Positions 41,866-55,337 are shown, counted from the stretch's first letter. The stretch: DNA of 64,000 nt from an uncultured Gemmatimonadales bacterium (GCA_963828735.1 CAWHFW010000004.1:215863-279862), one strand, 5' to 3'. The notes: generated from the letters alone by a model not told the origin. Translations and numbers: made by a program.

Positions 41866-42864
41866 GTGGATGAATCGACTCTGAGTCTGGGCGTGGTGCT
41901 GGCGCTGGCGCTCATCGCCGTCATCATCCTGGTGATCTTCTTCCAGTTCATTCCCTTCGGCCTCTGGCTCACGGCGCTGTTCTCCGGCGTGCGGGTCTCG
42001 TTCTTCACTCTCTTCGGGATGCGGTTCCGGCGGGTCGATCCGAAGGCGATCGTGTTTCCCCTCATCAGCGCCCACAAGGCGGGCATCGGCCTCAGCGTGA
42101 ACGATCTCGAGGGTCACTACCTCGCCGGCGGGAACGTCCAGCGGGTGGTGAACGCGCTGATCTCGGCGGACAAGGCGGGCATCGCGCTGACCTACAAGCA
42201 GGCCACGGCGATCGATCTGGCCGGCCGCGACGTGTTCGAGGCAGTGCAGGTCAGCGTCAACCCGAAGGTCATCACCACACCCAAGGTGGCGGCGATGGCC
42301 AAGGACGGAATCCAGCTGCTGGCGCTGGCCCGGGTGACCGTTCGGGCCAACATCAACCGGCTGGTCGGCGGCGCCGGCGAGGAGACGATCCTGGCCCGGG
42401 TGGGCGAGGGCATCGTGAGCACCATCGGCTCGGCCGTCTCGCACAAGGCGGTGCTGGAGAACCCCGACCTGATCTCCAAGACCGTGCTCGCCAAGGGGCT
42501 CGACGCTGGGACGGCGTTCGAGATCCTGTCGATCGACATCGCCGACGTGGACGTCGGCAAGAACATCGGCGCCGAGCTGCAGACCGACCAGGCCGAGGCG
42601 GACAAGCGGATCGCCCAGGCCAAGGCGGAGGAGCGGCGCGCGCTCGCGGTGGCCGTCGAGCAGGAGTTCAAGGCGGAGGCGCAGAACCAGCGGGCCAAGG
42701 TGATCGCCGCGGAGGCGCAGGTTCCGCTGGCGATCGCCGAGGCGTTCCGGAGCGGCAATCTCGGCGTGATGGACTATCAGCGGTACCGGAACATCCAGGC
42801 CGACACGACGATGCGGACCGCGATCGCGGGTGGCGACAGCACCCCGACTTCGACTGGGAGCTGA
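41866..42864 (+). CDS. floA: Flotillin-like protein FloA (YqfA)
   Basis: [70 protein letters not shown]. Confidence 0.95.
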   Translation: MDESTLSLGVVLALALIAVIILVIFFQFIPFGLWLTALFSGVRVSFFTLFGMRFRRVDPKAIVFPLISAHKAGIGLSVNDLEGHYLAGGNVQRVVNALISADKAGIALTYKQATAIDLAGRDVFEAVQVSVNPKVITTPKVAAMAKDGIQLLALARVTVRANINRLVGGAGEETILARVGEGIVSTIGSAVSHKAVLENPDLISKTVLAKGLDAGTAFEILSIDIADVDVGKNIGAELQTDQAEADKRIAQAKAEERRALAVAVEQEFKAEAQNQRAKVIAAEAQVPLAIAEAFRSGNLGVMDYQRYRNIQADTTMRTAIAGGDSTPTSTGS

Positions 42865-42867
42865 GCC

Positions 42868-43507
42868 GTGGACCTCGGGCCCGTCGTCGTCCTCGGCCTG
42901 ATGTGGGTCGTGATCAACGCGCTGCGGAAGGCGGGAACCAAGCCGCCCGATCGCCCTCGCCCGCCGGCGCCGCCCGCCTCGACGCCGTCGAGCCCGGACA
43001 ACGGGCGCCCGGACCCCGGTGCCCCGCGCGCGACCGCTGCCGTCGAGCCCGCCGCGCGCCGACGCGACGCAGCGCGAAGGCGCCCGGCTCGAACGCCTCC
43101 TCGGGGAACTCGGCCGGACCCTCGATCAGGCACGCGGACCAGCCGGGAGGGCACCCGATCTCCGGCTCCCGTCGGCCGAGGATGTGGAGGAGCGAGGGTC
43201 GCTCGAGGTGACGCCGGAGGTAGGAAGCCTGGAAGCGGAGCCCGATCGGGGTGAGCGCGCGGTCGTGGATCAGGACGACGAGGCGGAGCGGGTGGTTCAG
43301 CAGCGCCTCGCCGCGGCCGAACGCAACCGTACGCCGCTCCGCGTTGCGGACCACACCGCCTTCGACCAACGTATCCGGCAGGAGCCCACCGACAAGACGG
43401 CCACGCGAGCGTACACGGTGAAGCAATTGCGGGACGCGGTGGTCTGGCGGGAGATCCTGGGACCGCCGGTGTCGCTGCGGACGGAGGACGAGGAGCGAGG
43501 GATCTAG
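42868..43507 (+). CDS. YqfB-like hypothetical protein; frameshift near 43040
   Basis: N-terminal TM, Pro-rich linker, C-terminal LRDAVVWREILGPPVSLR; directly after floA. Confidence 0.65.
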
Positions 43508-43534
43508 GAAGCCCACCCCGCGGCTGGACGATCG

Positions 43535-44092
43535 CTACCGCTCTCCGAACTTCTTGGTGTACATCTCCATCGCCTGCACGATCGCCTCACGCGCGGCCGC
43601 CGCCCCTTCGAATCCACGCGTCACCGTGCGCGTGCCTTCCAGGTCCTTGTACACCTGAAAGAAGTGCTCGATCTCCTTCAAGTAGTGTGGCGGGATGTCA
43701 CCCAGATCGTTCAGCCCGTCCGAATACGGGTCGCCCATGGGGACCCCGAGCACCTTCTCGTCCGCGACGCCTCGATCCACGAGGTGGAAGAGCCCGATCG
43801 GGCGCACGTTCACGAGGCAGCCGGTGAAGACCGGGATGGTCATCAGCACCAGGACGTCGAGCGGATCGCCGTCGTCGCCGAGAGTGCGAGGAAGGAAACC
43901 GTAGTCACCGGGATAGTGGACGGCGCTGTGGAGCACCCGATCGAGGCGGAAGACGCCGAGCTCCTTGTCGAGCTCGTACTTGTTGCGCTCGTTGGTGGGA
44001 ATCTCGATGACCGCGGTGACCTCGACCGGCGGCGTGGGCCCCGTCGGGATGTCATGCCATGGGTGAAAGCTGCGCTGGGGAACGTTGGGCAC
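43535..44092 (-). CDS. ppa: Family I inorganic pyrophosphatase
   Basis: HPWHD, EIP..NKYELDK, LDRVL..YPGDYG, DGDPLD, DEK, HFFQVYKDLE. Confidence 0.96.
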   Translation of the reverse strand: MPNVPQRSFHPWHDIPTGPTPPVEVTAVIEIPTNERNKYELDKELGVFRLDRVLHSAVHYPGDYGFLPRTLGDDGDPLDVLVLMTIPVFTGCLVNVRPIGLFHLVDRGVADEKVLGVPMGDPYSDGLNDLGDIPPHYLKEIEHFFQVYKDLEGTRTVTRGFEGAAAAREAIVQAMEMYTKKFGER

Positions 44093-44210
44093 GGCGGAGC
44101 GAGCCTCACTGCGGAAGGAAGCAGGGCGGGCGCCAGAGGATCGAGCCGCTCAATATAGGCCGCTGACAGCCCGCTTGCGATCAAGGCCCGCTACGGCGAA
44201 GATACCGCAG

Positions 44211-44293
44211 GCCCGAGTGGCGGAATGGCAGACGCAGTGGACTCAAAATCCACCGGGGGCAACCCCGTGCGAGTTCGACTCTCGCCTCGGGCA
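44211..44293 (+). tRNA. tRNA-Leu(CAA), long variable arm, CCA not encoded
   Basis: Acceptor GCCCGAG/CTCGGGC-A, anticodon arm GTGGA-CTCAAAA-TCCAC, T-arm GCGAG-TTCGACT-CTCGC. Confidence 0.96.
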
Positions 44294-44457
44294 TCTTATA
44301 GCACCTGCAAGACTTAGGCATTCCAACCTCAGCTTGTTTCGAGCCGCCTTCAGCTTGCGACCTTTGACCAACCTGTGACCGTTCCTCGCCCGGAGCGGTG
44401 GCAGGGGTGTGGATATTGCGCTCAAAGGTATTCACCACCTTTTACTGGAGTGAGTTG

Positions 44458-45595
44458 ATGGCGAAGTCGCGGGAGCGCGGCACCGGCTCTGTCTACCTGC
44501 CGAAGGACCCGAAGAACCCCGCCAGAAGCTGAAGACCTGGTGGATCTCCTACTACATCGACGGCAAACGGAAGCGTGACTCGTCGCGGAGCCGGAAGAAG
44601 TCGGACGCCCAGGCGCTCCTCAAGCGGCGCATGGGCGAGCACGTGCTCGGTCTTGAGATTGGAGACGAGGCCAAGCGGCTCACCTTCGAGGATCTCGAGG
44701 CCGGCTTCCGCCGAAATTACGAGAACAGCGCACGCCGGTCCCTCCGTCGGGCGACCATCGCGTGGAACAGGCTCCGAGACCACTTCGAAGGCCTGAAGGC
44801 GCGCGCCATCACTGCCCACGCGCTGGAGACTTACGCTTCCGAGCGCCGGAAGGAGGCCGCCCCAGCCACCGTCCGGTATGAGTTGTCCGTCCTGAAGCGG
44901 GCGATGACTCTAGCGGTCCAGAAGGGCCAGCTTCGCAGCCGACCGCACTTCCCGCACATCGGCGTGCATAATGCCCGCACCGGCTTCTTCACGCACGAAG
45001 AGATGGAGAAGATCGCCAAGGAGATTGGCCCGCAGCTCGCGAACCTCGTGCGGGTCGCATTCTGGACGGGCTGGCGTCAGGGGGAGTTGCTCAACCTGAA
45101 GTGGGCAGAAGTGGATTGGAAGGCTGGCGTTCTACGGCTCCGGCCGACCTCGACCGTCGCCGGCACCACGACCAAAAAGGACCAGGGCAGGGTGTTCCCG
45201 TTCGGGCCACTGCCGCCGCTCGAGCAGGCGCTCCGAGCCCAGCGAGCCTTCACGACGAGGTCGCCCGCCGTACCGGCACCATCCCGCAGTACGTATTCCA
45301 CCGCGAGGGAGAGCGAATCCGCGAATTCAGGACCGCGTGGACGAGCCCCTGTGAACGAGCTGGGGTCAAGCTCAGTCGCGATCTGGTATTCCACTCGCTC
45401 CGCGCGAGTGCGGCCCGGAACCTCACGGCGGCTGGTGTGCCCGAGCACGTCGCCATGCGACTGATGGGTCATAAGACCCGGATCGTGTTCGAGCGGTACA
45501 GCATCACCACCGAGGGCGACCTGCACGAAGCGGTCGGCCGCCTGACTGCGTCGGCAACTGAGCAGAAGGTGACCCCGCTGAAGGCGGAGGCCTAA
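44458..45595 (+). CDS. Tyrosine recombinase/integrase; frameshifts near 44522 and 45255
   Basis: MAKSRERGTGSVY..WWISYYIDGKRKR arm domain; catalytic TGWRQGE, FHSLR, LMGHKT, FERY. Confidence 0.88.
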
Positions 45596-45597
45596 TC

Positions 45598-45843
45598 TTG
45601 CTGACCATCGCCGGAGGGATCATCCTGGCCGTGCTCGCGCTCACCAACTGGCCGATCGTCGTGGCCCTCGGGCTATCGCTGGGGGCCGGCTTCGTGGCCT
45701 TCTGGCTCGCGTACGCCGCCTCGGCGTCGTTCTTCGCCGGCGCGAGCTGGTGGCCGCTGGTTGTGGGCGGGCTCGGGGCTGTAGCGGCGTTCCTGGCCGT
45801 CCTCAACCGGCTGGCCTTCTGGCTCGAAGAAGCAGGGATGTAG
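45598..45843 (+). CDS. Small hydrophobic (about 3 TM) hypothetical protein
   Basis: GGAGG RBS, TTG start 2 nt after the integrase stop; almost entirely hydrophobic. Confidence 0.55.
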   Translation: MLTIAGGIILAVLALTNWPIVVALGLSLGAGFVAFWLAYAASASFFAGASWWPLVVGGLGAVAAFLAVLNRLAFWLEEAGM

Positions 45844-45845
45844 GC

Positions 45846-46115
45846 GTGCGAACCTACACACCCCATGCCCAACTCATCACGGACGAGCAGTGGCTCGGAC
45901 GGCGGGAGGAACCGACGCCCGAGCAGCTCGTGGTGATTGAGGAATACCGGGAGAAGTACCTGCAGGCGTTCGGTGTGTACCCGGCCGGGTCGCACTACAT
46001 CGACGCGCTGGACGCCTTCGTGGCGCTCCTGCGGCCTGATGGCCTACCTTTCCGCTTCCTGGGGCCGCCAACACGCACTGACGCCCGGCAGATGCTCCGA
46101 ACCGCTCCAGCCTAG
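45846..46115 (+). CDS. Hypothetical protein (~89 aa)
   Basis: GTG 2 nt after the previous stop; protein-like composition VRTYTPHAQLITDEQWLG..EEYREKYLQAFGVY. Confidence 0.45.
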   Translation: MRTYTPHAQLITDEQWLGRREEPTPEQLVVIEEYREKYLQAFGVYPAGSHYIDALDAFVALLRPDGLPFRFLGPPTRTDARQMLRTAPA

Positions 46116-46126
46116 AATCGTCAACC

Positions 46127-47371
46127 TCATTGGGCGAGGCATGCTCGGCTCGCGATCATCCCCGAGCGCGACCACTGGGGCAGCTTGCGCCCGAGGGCAC
46201 ACAGGGCCGCCCTCGTGTCACGGGGTCCGCCCGGCGGCGCAGCGACTGCGGGTGCAGCACCCTCGTCTGTGGATGCAACGGCCAACGGGCCAGCGGTCGG
46301 CGTCCAGAGCAAGGCGTGGAACTCCGTCTGACCGTCGGAACGAGTGATGAACGAGGTGCCGATGATGTTCCCGAACTCGTTCAGGTAGTTGGCTTCCCCA
46401 ACGGCGTTGGGTATAGGCTGGGGGAGGGACCGCATGCCGCCGCCCGGAGTCCAGAGGAAGGCCACAGGGTTGGCGGAGATCTGGTCGGGCAGGCTAGAGC
46501 CCACGACCCGCCGGTGGGTGTTGACGCTCCAGGCAGCGGCGCCCTGGCCGCCCAGCGTGCCCAGGCTCCGCATGCCGCCTGCTCGGGTCCACAGGAACGC
46601 TCTAGTGGTGCCCGCCGCGGTGTGACTCTGGCCGACTACCTCGCCGGTCTGGCTGATGCCGAGGGCGATACTGGACGCCCCGCCCAGCGTGCCGAGGTCT
46701 TCCATCCCCCGAGCCGCGGTCCAAAGGAAGGCGTGCTCCTCCCGGTCCGCGGTTAGGCTGCTGCCCACCACCTGGGTGGCGTCGTTGATGTCGAAGGCCT
46801 GACTGAAGGGACCGCCCAGGGTGCCCAGGCTCCGCATCCCCCTCCCCGGACGCCACAGGAACGCCCGCGTCCGGCCATTGGCGTTGTCACTGCTGCCTAC
46901 CACTTCCCGCCGGTTGTTGATCGAGTTGGCGTAGCTGTTCTCGCCTCCCAAGGTCCCGAGGCCGCGCATGCCACGCGCCTCGTTCCAGAGGAACGCCCGC
47001 ATCACGCCCGGGCCAGAACGAATCTCACTGCCACCGACCACCTCGCTTCGGTCGTTGATGCTTTCAGCGAAGCTGCGATTTCCGCCCAGGGTGCCAAGGC
47101 TCCGCATACCTTGGCCGGCGCGCCACAGGAATGCTCGGAAGTCCCCTGCCCTGACGGGAGGTCAGCGGAGCCGACGACCTCACCCTGCTCGTTGATGCCT
47201 ACGCCGTGGCTTTGGGTGCCACCGAGCGTGCCGAGATCCCGGACGGTGAACTGCTGCCTTCGCCGCGACGACGGCGGCCGGAGGCGTGACTGATGGGCTG
47301 GCGGGTTGGGTGGGCTCGTCGCAGGCGGCCAGGCCGGTGAGGGCTAGCATGCCGAACACAGCGCGGTTCAT
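46127..47371 (-). CDS. HAF-repeat (7 repeats, beta-propeller) lipoprotein; frameshifts near 47258 and 47145
   Basis: RBS AGGAGG; lipobox LTGLAA-C; repeats LGTLGGxxSxAxxINxxxxVVGxS...(R/H)AFLW. Confidence 0.88.
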
Positions 47372-47454
47372 AGAGGACCTCCTGCTGCGGGGCACTACCT
47401 GCCCGGGTGCCCCCGGCTTTTCGCCGGGTTGGCTCTTGTCGAGGTGTGGACGCT

Positions 47455-47483
47455 ACGCTACGGCGCGGTATTAGGGCTGTCAA
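47455..47483 (-). promoter_or_regulatory. sigma70 promoter of the HAF-repeat gene
   Basis: Minus strand TTGACA-N17-TAGCGT. Confidence 0.7.
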
Positions 47484-47671
47484 GGACGCTCGGTGCGGGT
47501 CGAGTCCACCGAATCAGTCGGCTTTTGGGGCGCACAGGCGGGCCAGGCGGCCTACAGGATTCGTCTTCGCATCTCACGCCAGATGGGGTCGGGTAGCGGC
47601 ATATTGGTCTCGTCGTAATCAGCTCATCGCCCCGCGTCATACCGCGTCATTCTCTCGATCCCGGGAGCTCC

Positions 47672-50338
<2,667 letters not shown>

Positions 50339-50740
50339 GGCGCGGCTGCCACACCTCGAGCCGGGTTCTGGAAGTCCCACCGCACCCCAGCCAACAACGC
50401 AGGCAAGTTCGCGGCACAGAGGTGCTCAGCCGTTCCAACCACAGCGCAGCTCATGACAGCGTTTGACGCGAGCATGATCTCGCCAGGTTCTCGAAGCCGG
50501 CCTTCACGGCGAATCGCCATTGTTGTGGGCATTGTTCCGGGCGACAACCGCGATATCGGTCGCGATACACGGAAGATGACCGCGTCATGCCTCCGGCCAA
50601 GATGGCACGCCATTTGACAGGTGCACGCTAGGGTTTAGCCCCACCTTAGCAAGCCTTCCACCGATATCGCGGGCGAGTCGGGTGCGTTCTTGTCCGAATT
50701 GCCACCACTCGATCCTTCTCTTCCTCAAGGAGCATTAGGT

Positions 50741-52645
50741 ATGGCGTTGTGTGTCCGGGCAGTGCGCGTGGGAACGATGGCGGGGGTCTGCGTGCTCACG
50801 CTGGCGAGCGCTGGCCTCACGCAACAGCGAGCAGCTTCGGTGGGGGGGCCTGGCACTGGCGCGACACCGTCGGCTTCGAGCGTTAGCGTCATGGCCGCGC
50901 TCGTGGGCAGCAACCTCGAGGTGAAGCCGGTAGCGCTTCATGCGCTCCAGCTCGTCCCCGTAGCCGGTGGCGCACCCGTTGGCTTTCGTACCGGGCTCGA
51001 CGGCCGGGCCATACAGGCAGTGCCCCCGGCCGCCTACTGGCTCGAGAGCGTGCAGCCTGTGTCACTCGACGGGCATATGTATCACTGGCGAGTGCCGGTC
51101 GAGCTCTCGCCCGGCCAGGCGCTTGCCGTCGAGCTCTCGAACGCGAACGCCGTACCGGATTCGGCGGGTGCCGCCGTCACACTCGTGTCCACCACCTCCG
51201 CGACGAGCGCCCCGAGCCGTCAGATGGCTCCCGAGGTCGCGATCTACCAACGGATTCGCCGAGGCGTCGTGCGGATCGTGGCCGGCATGTCCACCGGCTC
51301 GGGCTTTGTCATCGACTCGGCCGCCGGGTTGCTGCTCACCAATGCTCATGTCGTGGCCGGAAGTACCACCTCATCGGTCGCGTTCGATTCGACGCTCCGG
51401 GTGCCCGCTCAGATCGTCTACCGGGACAACGATGCAGATGTCGCCGTGCTCCGTGTGGCGGCGCTCTACACGCAGGATCGCCCGCAGCTCTCGCTTGCCA
51501 GCGCGCCGGCTGGCACGGGGCTGGTCGAGCCGGGAGAGCGGCTCTTTGCCGTTGGCTACCCGCTGCACCAGGAGCAGACCCTGACGAGCGGGATCGCGTC
51601 GAGCGTGCGCGAGGGTGCCGTCATCAGCGACGTTAATATCAATCACGGCAACTCGGGCGGTCCGCTCGTGAACTTGGCTGGAGAGGTTGTCGGCATCAAC
51701 ACCTTTGGTGACACCCCCGACGGTCACGATGGACCGGGTGTCTCCGGCTCCATTCTCATCACCCGCGCTGAGTCTGCACTCGATGCCGCCCGTCGCGCGC
51801 TGCCCGGACTGGCAGCGCCGAGCGCGGCCCGACTCCCTCTGATGCCCACAGCTCGGTACAGCACAGCGATGCTCAAGGCAGTGGCCGACACGGTGAAGCT
51901 GCAGCGCTACGCGCAGTTCAACGACATCGACGTCAACCGGTTCAATCTCAACATCTCGACGCCGCTCATCCAATACGTCCGCGTTCGCGCGTTCGAGCAA
52001 GTGATTGCGAAGGATCGGAAGAAGCGTGAGCAGCGGTCCAATCTCAGTGGCGAGGAGCGCTACAGCGAGCTTCGTGACTACCGCGATTGGCGCGAGTATG
52101 TAGGTGATGAGCGCGCGCCAGTCATGGTGCTCGACTTCCAGCCACAGCTCGGCGAGACCGGGGGCTCAGTATTTCGCAGGCTGATGCTCACCGGTGCCGG
52201 TGGGAAGGCAACGTACCGCTTCAAGGGGGATTTGCGCGGCGTGCAAGTCTACCGAAATGGTATGGAGGTGGAGCCTATCTTCGGCGGGCACGCGCCCGTC
52301 CGGGTCTACCAGGACAATCAATGGGTGGACCTGAAGGACGTCGCCGACAGGGGGTATTACATCTTCCCGGTCGACATCTTCGCGCCAGACGCGGACGGCA
52401 CCCCTCCGAGCATCCTGCTCCGAATTGAGGACCTCAAGCACCCCAACGAACGTGGCTGCACATTCCTTCCCAAGGTGGTTGTCGTGAATGCCTGGAACGA
52501 TCTCGAGCCATTCGCGATGACCGTGGCGCGAGAGCCGTTCGTCCGGGCCGACCTCAACCGAAAGCCCACTCAGGTTGACACCAAGACGCTTTGTGCCTCG
52601 ACCGAAACGGCGGGGGAGAGCGCGACACCCGCACACCCGATGTAG
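50741..52645 (+). CDS. Secreted trypsin-like (S1C-type, PDZ-less) serine protease with uncharacterised N- and C-terminal domains
   Basis: GSGFVI, LTNAHVV, DVAVLRV, INHGNSGGPLVNLAGEVVGINT; signal-like N-terminus; start 50741 or 50777. Confidence 0.85.
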   Translation: MALCVRAVRVGTMAGVCVLTLASAGLTQQRAASVGGPGTGATPSASSVSVMAALVGSNLEVKPVALHALQLVPVAGGAPVGFRTGLDGRAIQAVPPAAYWLESVQPVSLDGHMYHWRVPVELSPGQALAVELSNANAVPDSAGAAVTLVSTTSATSAPSRQMAPEVAIYQRIRRGVVRIVAGMSTGSGFVIDSAAGLLLTNAHVVAGSTTSSVAFDSTLRVPAQIVYRDNDADVAVLRVAALYTQDRPQLSLASAPAGTGLVEPGERLFAVGYPLHQEQTLTSGIASSVREGAVISDVNINHGNSGGPLVNLAGEVVGINTFGDTPDGHDGPGVSGSILITRAESALDAARRALPGLAAPSAARLPLMPTARYSTAMLKAVADTVKLQRYAQFNDIDVNRFNLNISTPLIQYVRVRAFEQVIAKDRKKREQRSNLSGEERYSELRDYRDWREYVGDERAPVMVLDFQPQLGETGGSVFRRLMLTGAGGKATYRFKGDLRGVQVYRNGMEVEPIFGGHAPVRVYQDNQWVDLKDVADRGYYIFPVDIFAPDADGTPPSILLRIEDLKHPNERGCTFLPKVVVVNAWNDLEPFAMTVAREPFVRADLNRKPTQVDTKTLCASTETAGESATPAHPM

Positions 52646-52694
52646 CCGCGGCGGTAGCGCCAGGCCCACTGCTGGAGAGATGAACACGCAGCAC

Positions 52695-52741
52695 CCGACC
52701 CCCGGAACGGCCCAGTGGCCTGTCGGGGGTCGGCCTTTCTT
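52695..52741 (+). terminator. Hairpin terminator after the protease gene
   Basis: CCGACCCCCG...CGGGGGTCGG with inner GGCC/GGCC, followed by CCTTTCTT. Confidence 0.6.
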
Positions 52742-53286
52742 GCCAACGAACACTGGGTGGGTCACGGGCGACGGCCCACGGCGCGAGATGGCCTCTACCC
52801 AGCCGGGCACCGCTCAGGCAGGCTGGCGGCGTCACGCTCTCGGCCGCCGAGGCGCCGGTGTCCGCCGCGAGGGTTTAGACGATCGCTGCCATGATCCGGG
52901 CGACCGCGTGAGCCCGGAGCTGAGGAAGCGCCAAGTCGGTTAGCGTCGGTTGGCAGGTAAATTTGAGATGCAGATGACGCGGCCTCGCAAAACGCGAAGA
53001 TTCCGCTCAGAACTAATGCGTCCCGCGAGTCCTTGACGTGCAACGTATCTTCTTGCGAACCAAACATCTTCGCACAAACTCCGTATCGGGCGTGGACAGC
53101 ATGCTCCGATCCCCTGGATAGCTCGTTGGCACTCGTTCGCTTGACAGTCGCTTGAGGCCCGGCGCGCACACTGCTCCTTGCCTCATTCAGAAATTGCGTT
53201 GCTTATGCTGCCTCAGCCCCCGGGGCGGCGTCCCGGCGCGCCGTGGTCTAGGTGATTCGGCTGGTCGACCCCACTGGAGGCCCCGT

Positions 53287-55248
53287 ATGCGTCCTGCTCC
53301 GCTCCTCGCGATGACCCTCATCCTCGGGGCCGGGTGCGGCAGCAACGACGACGACCCCGGGGGCCCTAACCCGCCGCCCGACAACCCGGTCGCTACACCG
53401 ACCAGCGTCATGGTGCTGCCGGGACCGGTAGCAGGCATGCTCACGGTCTCGTGGCTCCCGACCGTGCAGACCAACACCGACTTCGTCTACCGCGGCACGG
53501 CTCCCGGCGTCACACCCCAGACGGGTACCCGGCTCGGCCCGACCGGCAATCTGTACCACGATCGGGACCTCCTGCCGGGCACCTACTACTACGTCGTCAC
53601 CCGCTCGGATGGCACCCACGAGAGCGGGCCCTCGGAGGAGGTGCGTGTCGTCTGGGACGAGGGCATTGTGATGGAAACCCTCTCTCCCGGGCAGGGCACG
53701 CCTCAGGACGACACCGTGTTCGTCGCGATCAAGATCACCTCCGATGTGTCTATCACCGAGGCCATTGCACGGGTGGCGGACCGCGAGGTGGCGCTGGTCC
53801 ACAAGCCCGACACGTCCGACCTGCCCGACTCGTGGCAGGGTACGCTGAGCTTCGCGGGCCTGCCCCATACCGGGCAGCGGATCACGGTCGAAGCGACCGA
53901 CGGGGCGGGCCACCACGTGGAGGGCTCGATCCCGGTGAGGTTCGACACGCCCCCGCTCCTCACGGTGGAGCAGCCGGTGTATGGCGACGTCGCCCGGCCG
54001 ACTGTGCACTTCAAGGCCCGGTGCGAGGACGATGATCCGCGCGGCTGCGCCAGCATCGCCATGTACGCCACTGACGACCGCGGCAACTTTGCCGAGACGA
54101 TGTTCTCGACCTCGGCGTCGAGCGTGGAGACCGACGTGTCCTTCGAGGGTATCACGCTCGGCAAGGTCCTGCAGATCATCGCCACCGATCGGACGGGGCA
54201 GAGGGCGATCGTCTACCGGGACGTCATTCACGAGACGCCGACCGCGGCGGTCCAGCCCCTGATCCGCGTGCCCGGTCGCATCATGGACGTGTCCGACGAG
54301 TCAATCCTGTACGCGATCACGGAGCCACAGTTCCCGGAGCTACCGTTCCCCTCCTCCCTCCCCCCGACAACCGTGGCGATCGTGCGGCGTGATCGACAGA
54401 CAGGAGCGGAGGACACGGTCGCGACCGGCCCCAGCTATCGAAGCGGTCTGTTGGGACCCTTCGGGCTTTTGGGACCGCCGGGGGTCGTCCTCCTGTACCG
54501 GGAGAGCCTGATCGAGCTGCGGAATGGCGTCGAGACCGATCTCGGTCCTGCGACCAACGTGCAGGTGGCCGGCGCGTACGCCACCTGGGTGATCCCGACG
54601 ACGGGCCCGTACCTCCACGATATCCCACTCGTACGGCGCGACCTGGGCGCAGGCGTCACTTCGTCGGTGCTCGATCCTCTCGCCTCGGACGTCGGGGGCG
54701 CGGTAGCGGCGGACGGAGACGTGACCTGGTCGAACGCGAACGGCGAGCTCTGGTGGTATCAGAACGGGACGGGAGCGGTCAAGATCAGCCCGGACGGAAC
54801 TCACAACTCGGTGCCGGTGACCGACGGACAGCAGGTGCTCTACCGTCGCGATGACGACATCGTCCACTACGACGCTGGCGGTGAGACCGTGGTCTCCTCC
54901 GGCTTGCCACGTTCCCCCGGGACTGGCGTCGGCGAATACGCAACCACCGCTGGCTGGAGCGTCTTCCCCAGATTGGACAATGCAGGGTATCAACAACTCT
55001 GGACACGCTCACCCGCGGGGGTGGAGCAGCAGGTGACACACGTGGTTGCCGATCTGCTTCTGCTGGTCTCGCTTGGCCCTGGGGGTGAGGTGGTATACGT
55101 CACGATAACCGGAGGCGCAGCCAATCAATTCTTTACCCGACCGCCCTATACCTCCTCCGTACCAGTAGGGACCGTCGGGCAGTTCCGGTTCGAGGGTAGC
55201 AAGGTCTACAAAGTGATCGGCACCACACTGTTTAGCGTGACTCCTTGA
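53287..55248 (+). CDS. Lipoprotein with FN3-like, Ig-like and beta-propeller-like domains
   Basis: RBS GGAGG; lipobox LILGAG-C; LTVSW..VYRG..YHDRDLLPGTYYYVVT..ESGPS (FN3); ITVEATDG and IIATDRTG (Ig-like). Confidence 0.8.
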   Translation: MRPAPLLAMTLILGAGCGSNDDDPGGPNPPPDNPVATPTSVMVLPGPVAGMLTVSWLPTVQTNTDFVYRGTAPGVTPQTGTRLGPTGNLYHDRDLLPGTYYYVVTRSDGTHESGPSEEVRVVWDEGIVMETLSPGQGTPQDDTVFVAIKITSDVSITEAIARVADREVALVHKPDTSDLPDSWQGTLSFAGLPHTGQRITVEATDGAGHHVEGSIPVRFDTPPLLTVEQPVYGDVARPTVHFKARCEDDDPRGCASIAMYATDDRGNFAETMFSTSASSVETDVSFEGITLGKVLQIIATDRTGQRAIVYRDVIHETPTAAVQPLIRVPGRIMDVSDESILYAITEPQFPELPFPSSLPPTTVAIVRRDRQTGAEDTVATGPSYRSGLLGPFGLLGPPGVVLLYRESLIELRNGVETDLGPATNVQVAGAYATWVIPTTGPYLHDIPLVRRDLGAGVTSSVLDPLASDVGGAVAADGDVTWSNANGELWWYQNGTGAVKISPDGTHNSVPVTDGQQVLYRRDDDIVHYDAGGETVVSSGLPRSPGTGVGEYATTAGWSVFPRLDNAGYQQLWTRSPAGVEQQVTHVVADLLLLVSLGPGGEVVYVTITGGAANQFFTRPPYTSSVPVGTVGQFRFEGSKVYKVIGTTLFSVTP

Positions 55249-55337
55249 CCGGACTCGATCACGCGAGGGTCTTGGCGCTATCAAACCAACCGCCGCCGGG
55301 AGCCGCCACGAGTACACACCGTCCGGCGCGCGCTACG

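Noticed and set aside
44458..44535. Early TGA in the integrase as selenocysteine readthrough or a programmed frameshift
   Set aside because: The downstream sequence is in a different frame, there is no slippery heptamer, and similar indels occur in many nearby genes.
46127..47240. Regularly spaced DNA repeats (CCCAGCGTGCCCAGGCTCCGCAT-like, about every 130-140 bp)
   Set aside because: These are coding HAF protein repeats with synonymous variation, not a CRISPR array; no cas genes are present.
52795..53169. Lower-GC minus-strand ORF inside the island
   Set aside because: No RBS, no recognisable motif and an uncertain start; it may be a gene remnant but cannot be supported.
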